Origin: Chloroflexota bacterium
Lineage (GTDB): Bacteria > Chloroflexota > Dehalococcoidia > Lucifugimonadales > UBA3495
NCBI GenBank assembly: GCA_028875055.1
Contig: JAPPGG010000014.1
Location: forward strand, 8,722 to 72,721
Direction: 5' to 3'
DNA length: 64,000 nt
Shown here: positions 19,139 to 29,231 of the stretch, one piece after another
Numbering within the stretch: position 1 is the stretch's first letter
Layout of the letters: each line of letters begins with the position of its first letter
Made by a program: the position numbers and the translations under genes
The notes under the pieces: generated by a model
What the model was told of the DNA's origin: nothing
The model's database searches: none
The model's input: the letters and a program-made list of their open reading frames with translations, nothing else

Positions 19139-19552
19139 ATGGTCGCCCACCCGGATCAATCCAGAATAGACCGTTACCGAAGCCAGAGCCTCCGGCTCCT
19201 GGAAAATGCCATGTCCGAACTGCGCGGAGGACGATGGACCCGTTCGGAGGAGATGTTGTGGGGCAGCCTCACCCTTGCCGTCAAGGGGGCGGCCCTGAGC
19301 CGGGGCGACTCCGTCGAAGACGATCAATCAGTCAGAGCTTATGCGCATCAACTCGGCACAGACTTGCGAGACAGGCGAGTGCGCGAGTCCTTTGAACAGC
19401 TGGGGAACCTGGGCACAACGCTGGAACGAGCCCGCGAGTCCCGGCGGCGAGTAGAGGGTGTATTCCGCTCCCTGGACGACATCAGCGGCGCAGTGGAGAG
19501 GTTGTGGGACCTGGTTGACTCCAACCTGGCCAGCCCGGAGGCTGCGGAATAG
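19139..19552 (+). CDS. hypothetical protein, PaREP1/HEPN-like helical protein
   Basis: 137 aa, helical. SEEMLWGSLTLAVKGAALSRG resembles the E..WGA..LA.KA.A motif of archaeal PaREP1-type HEPN-like proteins. There is no clear SD. Confidence 0.45.
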   Translation: MVAHPDQSRIDRYRSQSLRLLENAMSELRGGRWTRSEEMLWGSLTLAVKGAALSRGDSVEDDQSVRAYAHQLGTDLRDRRVRESFEQLGNLGTTLERARESRRRVEGVFRSLDDISGAVERLWDLVDSNLASPEAAE

Positions 19553-19555
19553 CAA

Positions 19556-20959
19556 ATGTCCATTCCATCAAACCCAATGCCACTGGACTTCATCCGGCCG
19601 CAGCAGGGCAGTATCGAGCCGGCCTCCGCGGCCGGCAGGGTGGTAATCCACACCCACGGCTGCAAACTGAATCAGGCCGACAGCAGCGTCCTGGCCCGGC
19701 AGTTTCGCCAGGCCGGTTATGTCCTGGTAAACGACGTCAGGGATGCGGATATCTTCGTTCTCAATACTTGCACCGTGACGTCCACCGCCGATTCCAAGGC
19801 CCGGCGCTCTTTGCGTGCCGCCAGCAGGGCTAATCCGGATGCTGTCGTAGTGGCCGCCGGCTGCTATCCCCAGCGGGCAGCCGAAGAACTGGACCGGATG
19901 GCCGCCGTCTCCCTTGTGATCGGTAATGAGGACAAACACCGGGTGGCTTCCCTGGCCGTTGCCGCGCACCGCCAGAAACTGGGGCTCACTTCTGACCCGG
20001 CGGATATTGGCGGCAGCCAGTCCATCAATATGGACGTCACCGGGAATCTGCCTGGCCGCACCCGGGGAATGGTCAAAATCCAGGAAGGCTGTGACCAGGT
20101 CTGTGCATACTGCATTGTGCCCAAGGTAAGAGGCAGAGAACGCAGCATTCCACCCGAGGAAATAGTCCGCCAGGTCCAACAGAAGATAGAGGAGGGCTGC
20201 CGGGAAGTCACCCTGACCGGCACCCAACTGGGCACCTATGGTTTTGAATTGCACGACATCGACCTCAGGGAACTCATACGGCGGGTGCTGGATGAGACGG
20301 AACTTGCCCGTCTGCGCGTATCGTCCCTGCAGCCCCAGGAGATAAGCAGCGAACTACTGGAACTCTGGCTGGCAGACGCCAGACTTTGCCCCCACTTCCA
20401 CGTACCCCTCCAGAGTGGTTGCGATGCCACCCTCAGTGCGATGCGTCGCCGGTACGACACTGCCCGCTTCGCCGGGACGGTCAACCTGATTCGGCAGGCG
20501 ATACCGGAGGCCGGCATTACGGCGGACTTGATTGTGGGATTTCCCGGCGAGGAAGCGGGGCAGTTCGAGGAGAGCCTTGCCTTCGCAGCGGAAATGGCTT
20601 TCAGCGACATTCACCTCTTCCCCTATTCCAGGCGCCCGGGCACCTCGGCAGTTTACCTGGAAGGCCATGTGGCCGAGACGGAGAAGCGTGAACGGATGGG
20701 GCGGGCCCAGCAGGTCGCCCGACATTCCTTCAACCTGTTCCGCAGGGGACAGCTTGGCGCCACCCGACCAGTACTCTGGGAGGGGGCAGAAAATGGCGAC
20801 AATGGCGGCAGCTGGAAGGGACTGACTGACAACTACATCAGGGTGCTGGCCTCCCCTGCAGATTCGGAAGACTCTCAGCGCATTTTGCCAAATACGATCA
20901 CCCAGGCCAGGCTGACAGAACTCCGGGGTGAGACGGTCGTGGCAGTTCCTGTTTCCTGA
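19556..20959 (+). CDS. mtaB: radical SAM methylthiotransferase, MtaB-like (tRNA ms2t6A37)
   Basis: It has the UPF0004 N-domain (HTHGCKLNQADS), the radical SAM motif CDQVCAYCIVP and a TRAM-like C-terminus. The true start could lie downstream of 19556. Confidence 0.8.
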   Translation: MSIPSNPMPLDFIRPQQGSIEPASAAGRVVIHTHGCKLNQADSSVLARQFRQAGYVLVNDVRDADIFVLNTCTVTSTADSKARRSLRAASRANPDAVVVAAGCYPQRAAEELDRMAAVSLVIGNEDKHRVASLAVAAHRQKLGLTSDPADIGGSQSINMDVTGNLPGRTRGMVKIQEGCDQVCAYCIVPKVRGRERSIPPEEIVRQVQQKIEEGCREVTLTGTQLGTYGFELHDIDLRELIRRVLDETELARLRVSSLQPQEISSELLELWLADARLCPHFHVPLQSGCDATLSAMRRRYDTARFAGTVNLIRQAIPEAGITADLIVGFPGEEAGQFEESLAFAAEMAFSDIHLFPYSRRPGTSAVYLEGHVAETEKRERMGRAQQVARHSFNLFRRGQLGATRPVLWEGAENGDNGGSWKGLTDNYIRVLASPADSEDSQRILPNTITQARLTELRGETVVAVPVS

Positions 20960-21009
20960 TGGTGGGCGCTGCCAGCTTCCTCACGCCGTCCCGAAGAGCG
21001 AAAATTACA

Positions 21010-21060
21010 GGCGGCCCCGGTCAAGACACCGGGGTCGCCAGTTTGTTTTTCCCTTTTTTT
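21010..21060 (+). terminator. rho-independent terminator after mtaB
   Basis: GGCGGCCCCGGT / ACCGGGGTCGCC stem, then GTTTGTTTTTCCCTTTTTTT. Confidence 0.7.
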
Positions 21061-21080
21061 GTAAGGAAAATACCGGAAAA

Positions 21081-21929
21081 CTAGCTTATATTGCCAATCG
21101 TCATATCAACGGGGGTAACGTAAACCATTTCGCCGCGCCTTTCCAGGTACCCATTCTTCACGTCATGACCGTGAGAGAAACCCAGCAGCCAGCCCTGCCT
21201 TTCAGCGTCCAGCAGGATTTCACGTTTTTGTTCCAGGGTGTTCTGGGGTGAATAATCAAATGACGAAATAACTGGCAAATTGAGATGGAACGGAGTAGGC
21301 ACGAGATCCCCCAGGATGACCAGTCTCTCGCCGCCGTGATTGAATAGAATTAGCTGGTGACCCCTGGCCGGTCCGTCGCACTGGATTACCTGCAGTCCCG
21401 GCATTATTTCGGTGTCGCCGTCCAGCAGTTCGAGTTGACCCCGCTCTGCCACCGGCATAAAGTTGTTGGCCCGGTAAGCGTATCTGCCTCGTTCGCTGGG
21501 TTCCTGGGCTTCTTGCCATGAACCCCGCTGCACATAGTAGGTGGCGCGGGTGAAGGTTGGCACTATGGCGCCGGTGCGGTCCATGCGAGTGCAACCGCCG
21601 CTATGCTCAAAATGCATATGGGTCAGGATAACCTTGCTGATGTCTTTGGGGGTGAGTCCGACTGTCTTCAGTTCCTTGAATAGTCGGCTGGGACCCAGCC
21701 CGTAGTGGTCCCGGTCGTGTTCATCGTGATTGGTTCCGGCGCCGGTGTCCACCAGGATCCACTCGTCTGCAACCTGCAGCAGCCAGCAGTTGAGGCCAAG
21801 GGTTACACGGTTCTTTCGGTCCGTAGAGGCCATCGTTTCCCAGACCGTTTTGGCGAGCTGGCCAAACAATGCACCTCCATCTATTTTGAAGGTCCCGTCG
21901 CAAAGTATGTTCGCTCTGGTTAATCCCAT
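21081..21929 (-). CDS. MBL-fold metallo-hydrolase
   Basis: 282 aa with the THMHFEHSGG metallo-beta-lactamase motif. Confidence 0.75.
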   Translation of the reverse strand: MGLTRANILCDGTFKIDGGALFGQLAKTVWETMASTDRKNRVTLGLNCWLLQVADEWILVDTGAGTNHDEHDRDHYGLGPSRLFKELKTVGLTPKDISKVILTHMHFEHSGGCTRMDRTGAIVPTFTRATYYVQRGSWQEAQEPSERGRYAYRANNFMPVAERGQLELLDGDTEIMPGLQVIQCDGPARGHQLILFNHGGERLVILGDLVPTPFHLNLPVISSFDYSPQNTLEQKREILLDAERQGWLLGFSHGHDVKNGYLERRGEMVYVTPVDMTIGNIS

Positions 21930-22550
21930 AAGCCCACCTCACTTCCAAATTCCGTCGAAACCGCTTGCTTCCAGCAATGACCACAGCTATAAATTTCGCT
22001 AATATTTTCCCGTCAATGGCACATATACGGTCACAAGAACGCGGTATCGACCCTTTTTTGAGAAGCAGCTCCAAACCTTGTCAGTATCAGGGTTCGCCCA
22101 TGCCGACCTGGCAAACCTGCTTCCGTAAGAATTTTCCTGGTGAAGCGACCTTCAGAAGGCCACACTCCGTCTGACTTATGGACGGACACCCTTGGATCCT
22201 TGGCTATCGGCCTGTTGAGTTTGTAATCTTGCCTGGCCGGAAAGACGGCCCCGGCCAGTGAGTGACAATCCCACGACAATCACAGGTTAAGAGACCATCC
22301 ATAAGGGCTTGTCAAGGCAGATTTTGAACTCTTTTAAGAAATGAAAAAAATTGCATTCGGTTGCCCATCAATAGCAGGTTATATCCTGTAACGGTCAGCA
22401 CAATCTACTAACTGCTGATCCCGACCAGCGAGGAGATAGAAAATTACTTCCATCTCGAGAATACAGCTCAAAGTTCATCAGCTTCTGGAAGTTGGGCAAT
22501 CCGGGGCCTTCTGGGACAAGGCTCTCGATTTCTTCATTATTTCCCTGATA

Positions 22551-23249
22551 GTGGTCAACACGGCGGCCCAGATCCTGGAAACCGTGGGGCCGGTTTACGA
22601 TGCCATACCCTGGTTCTTTCCAATTCTGGAAATTGCCTCGATGATGATCTTCACAGTGGAATATGTGCTTCGCATCTGGTCCTGCACTGCCGAGCCTCGT
22701 TTTTCCCACCCGGTGTTTGGGCGCCTTCGCTTCGCCGCCACTCCCCTGCTGCTGATAGACCTGCTGGCCCTCGCTCCCTTCTATCTGCCCTTCCTGGGGC
22801 TGGAGGACCTGCGGACCCTTCGGGCCCTCCGATTGCTGGCCTGGGCCGCCCGCCTGGGCAGGTATTTTGAGGGAATACGAACCTTGGGCAAGGTGCTTAA
22901 GAGCAAAGCGCTGGAACTGACAACGGTGGTGCTGGTACTGGCGGTGATGCTTATTCTGGCCTCGGCGATGATGTATTACGCCGAGCACACCGCTCAACCC
23001 GAAGCATTTGCCAGCATTCCGGAGTCGATGTGGTGGAGCATCATCACGCTTACCACCGTCGGGTATGGCGATGTTTCGCCGGTTACGCCAATGGGCAAGT
23101 TGATGGCAGGCGTTATTGCGGTTATGGGCATTGGCATGTTCGCCCTGCCCGCGGGCATCCTGGGTTCCGGCTTCCTGGCGGAGATACAGAAAAGAGACCA
23201 GGCTGCCCGGTTCTGCCCCCATTGCGGGTTGTTGATAGAGGACGACTAA
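22551..23249 (+). CDS. voltage-gated-type (6TM) potassium channel protein
   Basis: It has the TTVGYGD selectivity filter and an S4-like segment, LRTLRALRLLAWAARLGR. The reading frame stays open upstream to 22440 and encodes the missing half of S1, so the real start is probably upstream (see findings). Confidence 0.85.
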   Translation: MVNTAAQILETVGPVYDAIPWFFPILEIASMMIFTVEYVLRIWSCTAEPRFSHPVFGRLRFAATPLLLIDLLALAPFYLPFLGLEDLRTLRALRLLAWAARLGRYFEGIRTLGKVLKSKALELTTVVLVLAVMLILASAMMYYAEHTAQPEAFASIPESMWWSIITLTTVGYGDVSPVTPMGKLMAGVIAVMGIGMFALPAGILGSGFLAEIQKRDQAARFCPHCGLLIEDD

Positions 23250-23358
23250 AGGCGCTGCCGAGGACACAGTGCGAAAGAAAAGAGACATCGCCGGAGCGCT
23301 GCTCTCTGAGAAGGGGAGGGCCACGGAACTGAATGCGATTGTCTCGGGTGTGCCTGCC

Positions 23359-24819
23359 CTAACCCGAAAGTTGCGCCAGAGCCCACTTGAGGCGGGAGAC
23401 GACCCGGTCCCGGCCAAGGACTTCAATAGTTTCAAATAGTGGGGGAGATACGTTGCGTCCCGTCACTGCCCAGCGCAACGTCCCGAAAAAGCGGCGCGGT
23501 GTCAGGCCCAGTTCTTCGCCCAACTCCCTTAGCCTGGCCTCCAGGGTTTCGGTAGTGAAAGGGCAATCTTCCAGGGCCGGAAGAGACTTTTCCAGGGCTG
23601 CAATCGCTTCCTCGTCCGACATTCCCCGCTGTACCAGGTTGGCCGGGTCGTAAACGGGCTGCTCTTCAAAAAAGTATGTGACCATTTCAGGAGCTTCCGT
23701 CAGTACCTTCAGCCTCTCCTGGAGCAGAGGAACAATGCGCAGCAGGTATTCCCGGTCCACGGGCAACAGATCGGAGCTCAGGCCCCTTTCCAGGAATGGC
23801 ATAATCGCGTTAGCAAGGGCATCGGCCGACATGTCCCGAATGTAAACGCCATTCATCCATGAGAGTTTTTCCACATCAAATATGGCGGCCGGCTTGCCTA
23901 CCCGGTCCAGGGTAAAGTACCGCTGGATGGTCTCGATGGGCATTACCTCGGTCTTGTCGTCCAGCGACCACCCCAGCAAAACCATGAAATTGCGCAGCGC
24001 CTCGGGCAGAAAGCCATCATCCCGGTATTCAAGAATCGACGTAGCGCCGTGCCGCTTGGACAGCTTTGCCCGGTCCGGGCCCAGTATCATGGGCAGGTGC
24101 CCGTGCTCGGGCGGGGTGTAGCCCAGGGCACGATAAAGCTGGAGGTGGCGGGGAGCGCTGGAAAGCCACTCTTCCGCTCGCAATACGTGGCTGATCTGCA
24201 TGTAATGGTCGTCGGTGACCACCGCCAGGTGGTAGGTGGGAAAACCGTCGGACTTCAGCAGAACAAAGTCATCCACCAACTCATTCTGCCATTCCACATC
24301 GTCACGGATTAAGTCATGCAAGTGGGTCACACCTGAGTCGGGCATGGAGAATCTCACTACGCAGGGGGCCCCTTCCTCCTCCAGGGTGCGCCGCTCGGCA
24401 TCTCCCAGGCGCTTGCAGTGGCCGTCATAGCCAAGGGACTGTCTGCTCCTTTCCTGCTCCTGCCTTAGCTCGGCCAGCCTCTCCCGCGTGCAGTAACAAC
24501 GATATGCGTCCCCCTGGGCAATTAACCGCTCGGCCTCGGAGTGATAAAGGGGAAGCCGCTCCGACTGGAAATATGATCCGAACTCTCCCCCCACCCGGGG
24601 GCCCTCGTCCCAGTCGATGTCCAGCCATTCCAGGCCGTCCAGAATGCCATCCACGGCCCCGGGCACCAGCCTTTCCTGGTCCGTGTCCTCAATTCGAACA
24701 ACGAACTTTCCGCCGTGGTGGCGCGCAAAAAGCCAGTTGAACATCGCGGTACGAATGTTGCCGATGTGGGGCAGCCCTGTGGGACTGGGCGCATACCTGA
24801 CGCGGACTTCACTGGCCAA
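23359..24819 (-). CDS. gltX: glutamate--tRNA ligase
   Basis: VRYAPSPTGLPHIGNIRTA (HIGH region) and KLSKRHG (KMSKS region); 486 aa. Confidence 0.9.
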   Translation of the reverse strand: MASEVRVRYAPSPTGLPHIGNIRTAMFNWLFARHHGGKFVVRIEDTDQERLVPGAVDGILDGLEWLDIDWDEGPRVGGEFGSYFQSERLPLYHSEAERLIAQGDAYRCYCTRERLAELRQEQERSRQSLGYDGHCKRLGDAERRTLEEEGAPCVVRFSMPDSGVTHLHDLIRDDVEWQNELVDDFVLLKSDGFPTYHLAVVTDDHYMQISHVLRAEEWLSSAPRHLQLYRALGYTPPEHGHLPMILGPDRAKLSKRHGATSILEYRDDGFLPEALRNFMVLLGWSLDDKTEVMPIETIQRYFTLDRVGKPAAIFDVEKLSWMNGVYIRDMSADALANAIMPFLERGLSSDLLPVDREYLLRIVPLLQERLKVLTEAPEMVTYFFEEQPVYDPANLVQRGMSDEEAIAALEKSLPALEDCPFTTETLEARLRELGEELGLTPRRFFGTLRWAVTGRNVSPPLFETIEVLGRDRVVSRLKWALAQLSG

Positions 24820-24939
24820 TTTTTCCTCCCGCGGACTCCTCCGCTCCGTTCAAACTGCCTGGGCGGGCCGCATTTGAAACAGGGATTTCAGCATAGCCTT
24901 ATCGGCTAGAACGATGCTCTTGAACGATACTGCTGTAAC

Positions 24940-26649
24940 CTAGGCAACGCCACTTCTCCCCTGGGACTGCTCAATTCTGGCCCAGGAATCTCTTAGCGAC
25001 ACCGTTCGATTGAATACAGGCGCGCCAGGCTCGGAGTCCAGGCTATCAACGCAGAAATATCCCTGCCTCTCAAACTGGAACCGGTCTCCCCTTCCAGCCT
25101 CAGCCAGGCAGGGCTCTATCCGACATCCCGACAATACCTGAAGGGAGTCCGGGTTCAGGCGCGAGATGAAGTCCCTGCCGTCTTCTTCGCCCTCATCGTT
25201 GGTGTCCATCATCAGGTAATCATACAACCTGACTTCCGCTTCAAGAGAATGGGGAGCGGACACCCAGTGCAGCGTACCCCGCACCCGACGACCATCGGGG
25301 GTAGAGCCACCCACAGACTCAGGATCATAGGTGCAGTGAAGCTCGGTTATTTCCCCGGTCTCGGGGTCCCTGATAACTTCCTGGCACGTTATGTAGCAGG
25401 CATACCTGAGCCTGACCTCCCGACCGGGCGCCAGACGGAAGAAGCGGGATGGCGGGTCTTCCCGAAAGTCGTCCCGTTCTATGTAAACCACGCGGGAGAA
25501 GGGCACTTTCCGGGTTCCCATGGCGGGGTCTTCCGGGTTGTTTACCGCGTCGAACTCCTGGACCTTGTCTTCCGGATAGTTGGTTATGACGACCTTGAGG
25601 GGATTGAGCACAGCCATAACCCTGGGGGCGTGCCGGTTCAGGTCTTCCCGTATGCAATGCTCCAGAAGGGCCATGCTCACCACGGTGTCCCGCTTGGAAA
25701 TGCCAACATGCTCGCAAAAGGTCTTTATGGCCGCGGGAGTGTATCCCCGGCGCCGCAAACCGCTGATGGTGGGCATCCTTGGGTCGTCCCAACCGGAGAC
25801 GTGACCGCCCTCAACCAGTTGCAGCAGCCGCCTCTTGCTCATGACCGTATTGGTCAGATTGAGACGGGCGAACTCGATCTGCTGGGACCGGTAAACATCC
25901 AGCGCCTCAAGGGTCCAGTCATAAAGGGGCCGGTGGTCCTCAAATTCCAGGGTACACAGGGAATGAGTTATGTGCTCAATGGAGTCCGAAAGAGCATGAG
26001 CGTAGTCATACATCGGATAGATGCACCACTTGTCTCCCGTTCGGTGATGGTGCGCCCGCCGGATGCGGTAAATTGTGGGGTCCCGCATGTTCAGGTTAGG
26101 CGATGCCATGTCTATCCTGGCCCGCAGCACGTGGGCGCCGTCTTCAAATTCGCCGTCCCGCATTCGGCGGAACAGGTCCAGATTCTCCTCCACCGGCCGT
26201 TTCCGATAGGGGCTCTCCTTTCCCGGCTCCGTCAGAGTGCCACGGTACTCGCGGATTTCATCGGCGGAAAGGCTGTCCACGTAGGCCTTTCCGTCCGCTA
26301 TCAACTGTTCGGCAAAAGCGTAGAGGGCGTCAAAGTAATCTGAAGCGTAGTAGAGGTGCTGTCCCCAGTCGAACCCCAGCCAGCGCACGTCTTCCTGGAT
26401 AGAGTTTATGTACTCGACGTCCTCCCGCAACGGGTTGGTATCGTCAAAACGCAGGTGGCAGACACCCCCGGAGTACTCTGAGGCTACGCCAAAGTTAAGA
26501 CATATGGACTTGGCGTGACCGATGTGAAGATAGCCATTAGGCTCAGGCGGGAATCGGGTCACCACCCTGCCTTCGTACTTGTTGGATGCCAGGTCTTCCT
26601 GAACTATGGCCCGAATGAAATCGGTCGAGGAGTTTTCCGGGGAGGTCAT
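24940..26649 (-). CDS. glnS: glutamine--tRNA ligase
   Basis: [18 protein letters not shown] and VMSKR motifs, plus the GlnRS-type C-terminal anticodon-binding beta-barrels; 569 aa. Confidence 0.9.
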   Translation of the reverse strand: MTSPENSSTDFIRAIVQEDLASNKYEGRVVTRFPPEPNGYLHIGHAKSICLNFGVASEYSGGVCHLRFDDTNPLREDVEYINSIQEDVRWLGFDWGQHLYYASDYFDALYAFAEQLIADGKAYVDSLSADEIREYRGTLTEPGKESPYRKRPVEENLDLFRRMRDGEFEDGAHVLRARIDMASPNLNMRDPTIYRIRRAHHHRTGDKWCIYPMYDYAHALSDSIEHITHSLCTLEFEDHRPLYDWTLEALDVYRSQQIEFARLNLTNTVMSKRRLLQLVEGGHVSGWDDPRMPTISGLRRRGYTPAAIKTFCEHVGISKRDTVVSMALLEHCIREDLNRHAPRVMAVLNPLKVVITNYPEDKVQEFDAVNNPEDPAMGTRKVPFSRVVYIERDDFREDPPSRFFRLAPGREVRLRYACYITCQEVIRDPETGEITELHCTYDPESVGGSTPDGRRVRGTLHWVSAPHSLEAEVRLYDYLMMDTNDEGEEDGRDFISRLNPDSLQVLSGCRIEPCLAEAGRGDRFQFERQGYFCVDSLDSEPGAPVFNRTVSLRDSWARIEQSQGRSGVA

Positions 26650-26794
26650 TCTGGTTGATTCCTCTGAACGGCAGTATCTTGGCAGAACCGGTCAACACTG
26701 GGTATAGGCGACAGGGCTATTCTAGCACGCCCCGCTTGCGCCGATAATAGGGAACTCGGCGACTTCTCTACGAAAAGAATCGGTCTATCAAGAA

Positions 26795-27727
26795 TTAATG
26801 GGCCGAACCACTGGGGTGAATCAAGGATTCCATCGCCTCATTCAGGTCCCGGGGCAGGGCTGAATGAAACGACATCCTCTCCCCCGTCCGGGGATGAAGA
26901 AATTCCAGGGCATTGGCATGCAGGAACTGGCGGGACAGGGCTGAACTGCGGCGTCCGTAAACCTCATCGCCGTAGATGGGGTATCCCAGGTAGGCCAGGT
27001 GCACCCGTATCTGGTGCGTCCTGCCTGTTTCCAGCGTCAGCGAAAGCAGGGCATGGCCCTCCAGTTCTTTCACGACACGAAAGTGGGTGCGGGATTCTCT
27101 ACCTCCCAGCACCACCGCCATGCGCTGGCGATGCCTTGGGTCTCGCGCTATAGGGGCATCCACTGTACCCGAGTCCTGGGGCGGCACCCCGACAGTCAAA
27201 GCCATGTAGCCCTTGTGCACTTCCCTGCGCTTGATCTGGGAGGATATGTCGTGGTGCGCTTTTTCCGTCTTGGCCACCACTATCAGGCCCGAGGTATCCT
27301 TGTCCAGCCGGTGGACTATTCCCGGCCGGTGCACCCCGCCAACGCCCTGTATATCCGGGCAACGGGCAAGGAGAGCGTTTACCAACGTCCCATCCGGATG
27401 CCCGGGACCAGGGTGAACGGAAAGGCCGGCGGGTTTATCGATGACCACGATATCGGAGTCCTGGTAAACGACCTCAATCGGAATGTCCTGGGGTACCAGG
27501 TCAGATTCCCGTACCGGGGGTATCGTCAGGATGACCCGGTCCCCGGTCTTTACCTTCTGGGCCGGGCGCGCCACCCGGCCGTTCAATGTGACCAGCCCTT
27601 CCCCTATCAGGGAGTGAATCCGGCTGCGGGTCAATTCCCTTTCCTGTTCAGCGAGGAACCGGTCCAGCCTGGTGGAATCGCCGGACGCAACCAGTTCCCT
27701 GACTCTGGTTTCGGAACTGCTGCTCAT
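26795..27727 (-). CDS. rluD: RluA-family 23S rRNA pseudouridine synthase (RluD-like)
   Basis: It has an S4 domain followed by the HRLDKDTSGLIVVAK catalytic motif; 310 aa. Confidence 0.85.
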   Translation of the reverse strand: MSSSSETRVRELVASGDSTRLDRFLAEQERELTRSRIHSLIGEGLVTLNGRVARPAQKVKTGDRVILTIPPVRESDLVPQDIPIEVVYQDSDIVVIDKPAGLSVHPGPGHPDGTLVNALLARCPDIQGVGGVHRPGIVHRLDKDTSGLIVVAKTEKAHHDISSQIKRREVHKGYMALTVGVPPQDSGTVDAPIARDPRHRQRMAVVLGGRESRTHFRVVKELEGHALLSLTLETGRTHQIRVHLAYLGYPIYGDEVYGRRSSALSRQFLHANALEFLHPRTGERMSFHSALPRDLNEAMESLIHPSGSAH

Positions 27728-27736
27728 GATTTCACT

Positions 27737-28582
27737 TTACCGCCGGAGAGACCGTCTGGACAATCTTCGCCCAACGGTGGCCGGAGCAGCTGCCCGGCAA
27801 CCGCTCCGCCGCCCGGAGTGAAACCGGCCACATCGGATGCAGCGGCCCCTGCGCTTGAGGGTGTAGTCCCGGTCGCCGGCTGTTTCAGCCGTTGAAGTAG
27901 CGCCTCTGCCGCCTGGCCACAGGAGAATCCAGCCCAAGAGGGCGAGGCCTGAGATGATGGAGGCGTCGGCCAGGTTGAAAATGGGCCACGGCCCCACGTC
28001 GATGAAGTCGGTGACGGCTCCCAGCCGGAAACGGTCCAGCAGGTTGCCTATGGCCCCCCCGATCTGCAGGCCCAGACTCAGTCGCAACAGGTTAGTGGGA
28101 CGAGGCTGGCTCTGGTAAATCAAAGCCAGCACAATGATGCCTACGAAGGAAACAAATATGAGCGGAGTGTTGTGCCCCTGCAGAATTCCGAAGGCGCTGC
28201 CGGTATTCTCCGCGTGAGTGAATCGGAAGAAGCCGCGGGCGGGATAGGAATGGCCAAAGGGCAGGTAAGCTCGTACCAGGAACTTGGTCAACTGATCGAG
28301 GAGAAGAAATATCCCCGCCAGTTGCAGCAGGTCGAAGTCAAGAAAAATGGGGCGTTTGCGGTATGGCGCTTCGGCCTCGGGCTGGAGTTCCGCGGCAGGC
28401 GAGGGGGAAGCTATTGCCGAATCTGCGACAGGCGAGGAGGGAATCGTCTCTTCCGATTCCTGTACTGCGCTTCCTTCAGTTTTTTCACTGGGTGAGGGAT
28501 CCGGAACTGTAGCTTCTCCCTCAGCTGGATGGGTATGTGGGCGCCCTTCCCTATTTGATTCGCGGTTCTCCGGGGTCTCCAT
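27737..28582 (-). CDS. lspA: lipoprotein signal peptidase II with N- and C-terminal extensions
   Basis: The core has NTGSAFG and FNLADASII motifs. It carries about 75 extra N-terminal and about 55 Arg-rich C-terminal residues. It lies directly upstream of rluD, a common arrangement. Confidence 0.8.
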   Translation of the reverse strand: METPENRESNREGRPHTHPAEGEATVPDPSPSEKTEGSAVQESEETIPSSPVADSAIASPSPAAELQPEAEAPYRKRPIFLDFDLLQLAGIFLLLDQLTKFLVRAYLPFGHSYPARGFFRFTHAENTGSAFGILQGHNTPLIFVSFVGIIVLALIYQSQPRPTNLLRLSLGLQIGGAIGNLLDRFRLGAVTDFIDVGPWPIFNLADASIISGLALLGWILLWPGGRGATSTAETAGDRDYTLKRRGRCIRCGRFHSGRRSGCRAAAPATVGRRLSRRSLRR

Positions 28583-28589
28583 CGGAAGG

Positions 28590-29231
28590 CTACTTCAGGT
28601 TCTCGGCGAAGAACTCAGCCACAGGGCCGATCAACTTGTTCTCCATCCCGCCCCAGAAGTGGTCCGCGCCGTTAACGACCTCGAACCTGGGCGACCGTTC
28701 AAAGGCATCCAGGTTTTCCTGCAGATTTTCCGCTTCTACCAGCTTGTCGCGACTGCCAGTGATAATCATCGTGGGCGTCTTGGACTTCTTCAGCGGCGTA
28801 TCGGATATGGCGCGTATGTTGGGCGATACCAGGGCAATGGACTTGGCTTTTTTCTGCACGTCCTTGCTGCCCAGGACTACCGAAGTACCGAAGGAATAGC
28901 CGGCCAGGCCCAGCTTGCCACCGTCCACACCATTCCATGCCTTCATCAGGTCAAAGGCGCCCAGAACTTCCTGGTGCTCATTTTCGCCCTTGGAGTGTTC
29001 GCCCTCGCTGTTGCCCACCCCGCGGAAATTGAACCGAATGGTGGCGAATCCCTGTTCTACCAGCGAAAAGGAGAGAGCCAGCACCACGTTGTTATCCATA
29101 TTCCCGCCGAACAGCGGGTGGGGATGACAGATAACCACGCCGGGGACAGGGCTGCCGACGTCGTCAGGCGTGGCCACAATCCCTTCGAAATTCATGCCCT
29201 TGGCCTTGAAACTGACCGCGCTCTGTCTCAT
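28590..29231 (-). CDS. alpha/beta hydrolase (COG2945-like)
   Basis: HPHPLFGGNMDN, a GYSFG nucleophile elbow and a C-terminal GADHFW. Start placed at MRQS (29231); an alternative start is at 29252. Confidence 0.7.
   Translation of the reverse strand: MRQSAVSFKAKGMNFEGIVATPDDVGSPVPGVVICHPHPLFGGNMDNNVVLALSFSLVEQGFATIRFNFRGVGNSEGEHSKGENEHQEVLGAFDLMKAWNGVDGGKLGLAGYSFGTSVVLGSKDVQKKAKSIALVSPNIRAISDTPLKKSKTPTMIITGSRDKLVEAENLQENLDAFERSPRFEVVNGADHFWGGMENKLIGPVAEFFAENLK

Noticed and set aside
22072-22125. A GAAGCAG ... CTGCTTC long-range pairing and a GGAAGCAGG string reminiscent of SRP (4.5S) RNA, in the 510-bp gap upstream of the K+ channel gene.
   Set aside because: There is no GGAA tetraloop/AGCAGC symmetric-loop arrangement, and no conserved CAGGUCCGGAAGGAAGCAGC core on either strand.
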